A stretch of 64,000 nucleotides of DNA from Macrostomum lignano (lineage: Eukaryota). The stretch is taken from assembly GCA_002269645.1 (NCBI GenBank), contig NIVC01001374.1, positions 1 to 64,000 of the forward strand, in the 5' to 3' direction. The translations under genes and the position numbers were made by a program. This document shows positions 61,248 through 64,000 of the stretch, piece after piece. The notes below the pieces were generated by a model. It saw nothing but the letters and a program-made list of their open reading frames with translations. It did no database searches and was not told the origin of the DNA. Positions within the stretch are counted from its first letter, which is position 1. Each line of letters starts with the position of its first letter.

Positions 61248-62574
61248 GCCTATGCTGTGTGTGCATGGTAGCCCTGGAGCCGTTCTGGACGAGTAGAATT
61301 ATGGATAAGTTGGAGTTGCAGCTATCAGGTTAGAACAGTGACGACATTGTTAAGAAGGCTTTAGAATATTTAGCTATGAGGGCCGGCCCCCAACGCGCAG
61401 AGAGTCGTACGTGCCTGACGATTAGAAAGTCAAATTGGCGCTGTGATCTTTCAGTTTAAATTTAGACATTGTGATTATTTATCGGCTAGCTTTTCCCGTC
61501 CAGAGAGTGTTTCCAGGGCTCCATGGCTCGCTTGACAAGAGACCGGTTAAACGTTAGAATTCAGTTTTGATTATTTAATATTACTAAACGGATTTCTTAC
61601 GGTTGCATTGAACTGTCTTGCAAGAGAACTTTAATCAGTATTTCATTGCGTTCGTGAATTTCTAAATGCTTCCATTAGTAGTTCTCTGCATTCATTTGAT
61701 ATTGTTCATAATTTGCTTTAATTTTTATTTTTGCTGTTTCTCTTTTGTTGATTTTGCATTCTTTTATTTCAATTTTCATGTATCTAATAATTTGTAGAAA
61801 GATTAAGCTTTGAACTATAAACTATAATGTTTAAGTGTGTTACCAACTCTACTTTTTTCCAACTGAAGCCCTGCAGTCCACTCCTATTTTGTTTGAGAAC
61901 TATTTGAGTAGGCATATTTGTGAGCATGATTTGGTTATAGAATTCTACATTCGTATATAAATATTAATGTGTGAATGTGTATTCGCAGATATCATTGAAC
62001 ACTGTTGCCCTTTAGTGCTAGTTGGATATTATAATTTGCCTTCTATCGGTAATATAACTACTATTATTTGGAAAATATACAATTGCTTTACTTTTCTATT
62101 GGTGAGATCTTGTTAATCTTGTTTAACTAAGCAACCATTTACCGAAACAATTTTTTTGAATTATTAATTTCAGCTTATCTGTGCCCCTAGGTACTCGGTA
62201 GTATTTTAGGCTTAGAAACTGTGCTTATGTACTTGTAGCTAATAAGAAAGCATATAGCATACATATTATAGAACACACAAATATCTATACTGATAAGTAG
62301 GTTTACCCTAGCTGATTAATAGTAAACCTCTGATAATGGTTCCTAGTACAAAAGGAATTAAAATTCGCACAGCCTACTTATGTTGTAAACCATTTTCTCA
62401 GTCGTACAAACAAAATAAAGTAATGAAAATTCTCGATTCTCTTCATTATTAGATGCTAAATAATGAAAAAAATCTGAAGGATTTCATGAAGCTGGAAGTA
62501 TTCTAAATTTTGACTGAATCAAAGTTACTTGAGGATAGCAGTGGCCCATCGAATGAAATGGGTTGCTCTTGCTA

Positions 62575-62740
62575 CCTGTCACTGGCAGTCATGTGTCACT
62601 GGCAGTCATGTGTCATTGGCAGTCATGTGTCACTGACAGTCATGTGTCACTGGTAGTCAAATGTCTCTGGCAGTCATGTGTCACTGGCAGTCAAATGTCA
62701 CTGGTAGTCAAATGTCACTGGCAGTCATGTGTCACTGGCA
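62575..62740. repeat. 17-bp array (GTCACTGGCAGTCATGT)
   Basis: About 9 units. Confidence 0.9.
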
Positions 62741-64000
62741 AAATATTCAAGCTACCGTCAAAAAACCATCAAAGCTTTGTGATTGTGCAAAAAATGACTT
62801 CAATTGTTTTATTTGATGTCATTGTGAATAAGCTTTTAGAGTGCAATTTAAGGTGCATTGCTGAGATGATTTTGCCCTTACCCCTAATCGATTTTCTTGA
62901 CATACGAGTGTAGGGGGAAACTTTATTAAACAGGGAATATAACCTTGCTCAGTCCCTATGTAAGACGCAGTCTATTTTCATATTTCCTATCTAGACTATA
63001 GCTGCCTAGTCCTATACAGATGGGTGTTGAATTTCCAATTGGCATTGATCCACAGTCGCTTAGGGAAGACTCTCAGCTAGCTACGCTGGTCAAAAATTGA
63101 TCAGCCAGACTTGATAGCTAGCTGACTTGCTGCAAAAAATTCCGGATTTTTGTTTAAATCGGCTGTCATCGTAAGATTAAATCTTATAGAATCTCGTGCT
63201 TTTTGCCTAGCTGTCGCTTGATTTTTTGCTTTTAAGCCGTTTAAGCCGATTTCAAGCAAGATCGTGCAGGCTTTGCGAAAGACAATGATGGCGCACCGAG
63301 ATCAAGTAAAGATCAAATGCTATATTCTCGTAAATGAAGTCACGTAGCTTTACCTCTATTATGCTGGTACTTCAGAACCTTTAGGGGAATCTTTCAGTCT
63401 GAATGTTTGAAATTTTGCAGACTGTTTTTGAGAACAGCCTCAGAAATCTACTCGTATATTAATTAACTGGCTGCTTTAAACACAAAATTGTCAGACTCAA
63501 GGTTTTGAAGCCAATTTTAGGAAAATGTTTTTTTTCGTTTTTTCTCCGTTAATTTCGCTAACAAGGTAGGGTGAGGCATTTTTCATCCACTAAAGCTATA
63601 TTACTTTCATACTTTCACCCAAAAGGGCGCTGAGTACCTCGGAAAGGCTCAATGGGTACTTTTAGCGGAAACGGTTTGTTGTTAGCTGTAGACTATCTTC
63701 TGCACATGTAGTATGATAATCTAACGCAGATAGGAATCAGAAAACGACTGATTTTGAAGCTCTCTAATTGGAAATTAAAGGTTAAATGCATGCTAAAAGT
63801 TTTTTCAAGTCGATCTTGAAGGTGGCGGGAACCAGACCACCAAAGTGGAACTTTTGACAACAACGGAGCGCCTTGATGTCGTTCGACTCGCGGTGAATGA
63901 CGAAATTCTTCATGCTGACTGCCAGGCGAAAGAGCCCAGTTATTCCACCACTATGCGGATGCAGTATAGCTTGAAGCTGGCACCACCAGAGTGAGGCGCT

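Noticed and set aside
63700-64000. Possible minus-strand 3' exon at the window edge
   Set aside because: An open frame exists, but no family is recognisable and it is truncated by the window.

Overview
Eukaryotic (animal) genomic DNA with GT-AG spliceosomal introns. Gene content, sequence style and the density of intronic minisatellites suggest a free-living flatworm such as Macrostomum; this is an inference and was not searched. Spliced models could be reconstructed with consistent intron phases for UQCRB/QCR7, a labial/Hox1 homeobox gene (minus strand), a mucin-like type I membrane protein, DNAJA3/Tid1 (5 exons) and a ZIP1-3-like zinc transporter (3 exons). Also present are a large low-complexity gene and a secreted neprilysin-like gene lacking HExxH (both broken by several frameshifts), a 133-aa orphan ORF with a TATA box, and a head-to-head pair of a compact Ser/Thr kinase and a neuronal calcium sensor missing one EF-hand. 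The dominant structural signal is that every intron of the confidently modelled genes holds its own locus-specific tandem array (16-35 bp units), usually filling most of the intron, while exons are spared. Mobile DNA comprises four copies of a tRNA-derived CORE-type SINE, four non-autonomous DNA transposons with exact 8-bp TSDs (two GG...CC Merlin-like, one CA...TG, one Charlie-like hAT), a further TIR MITE and two possible Crypton/DUF3504 remnants. No CRISPR arrays, rRNA or true tRNA genes were found. Array boundaries are approximate.
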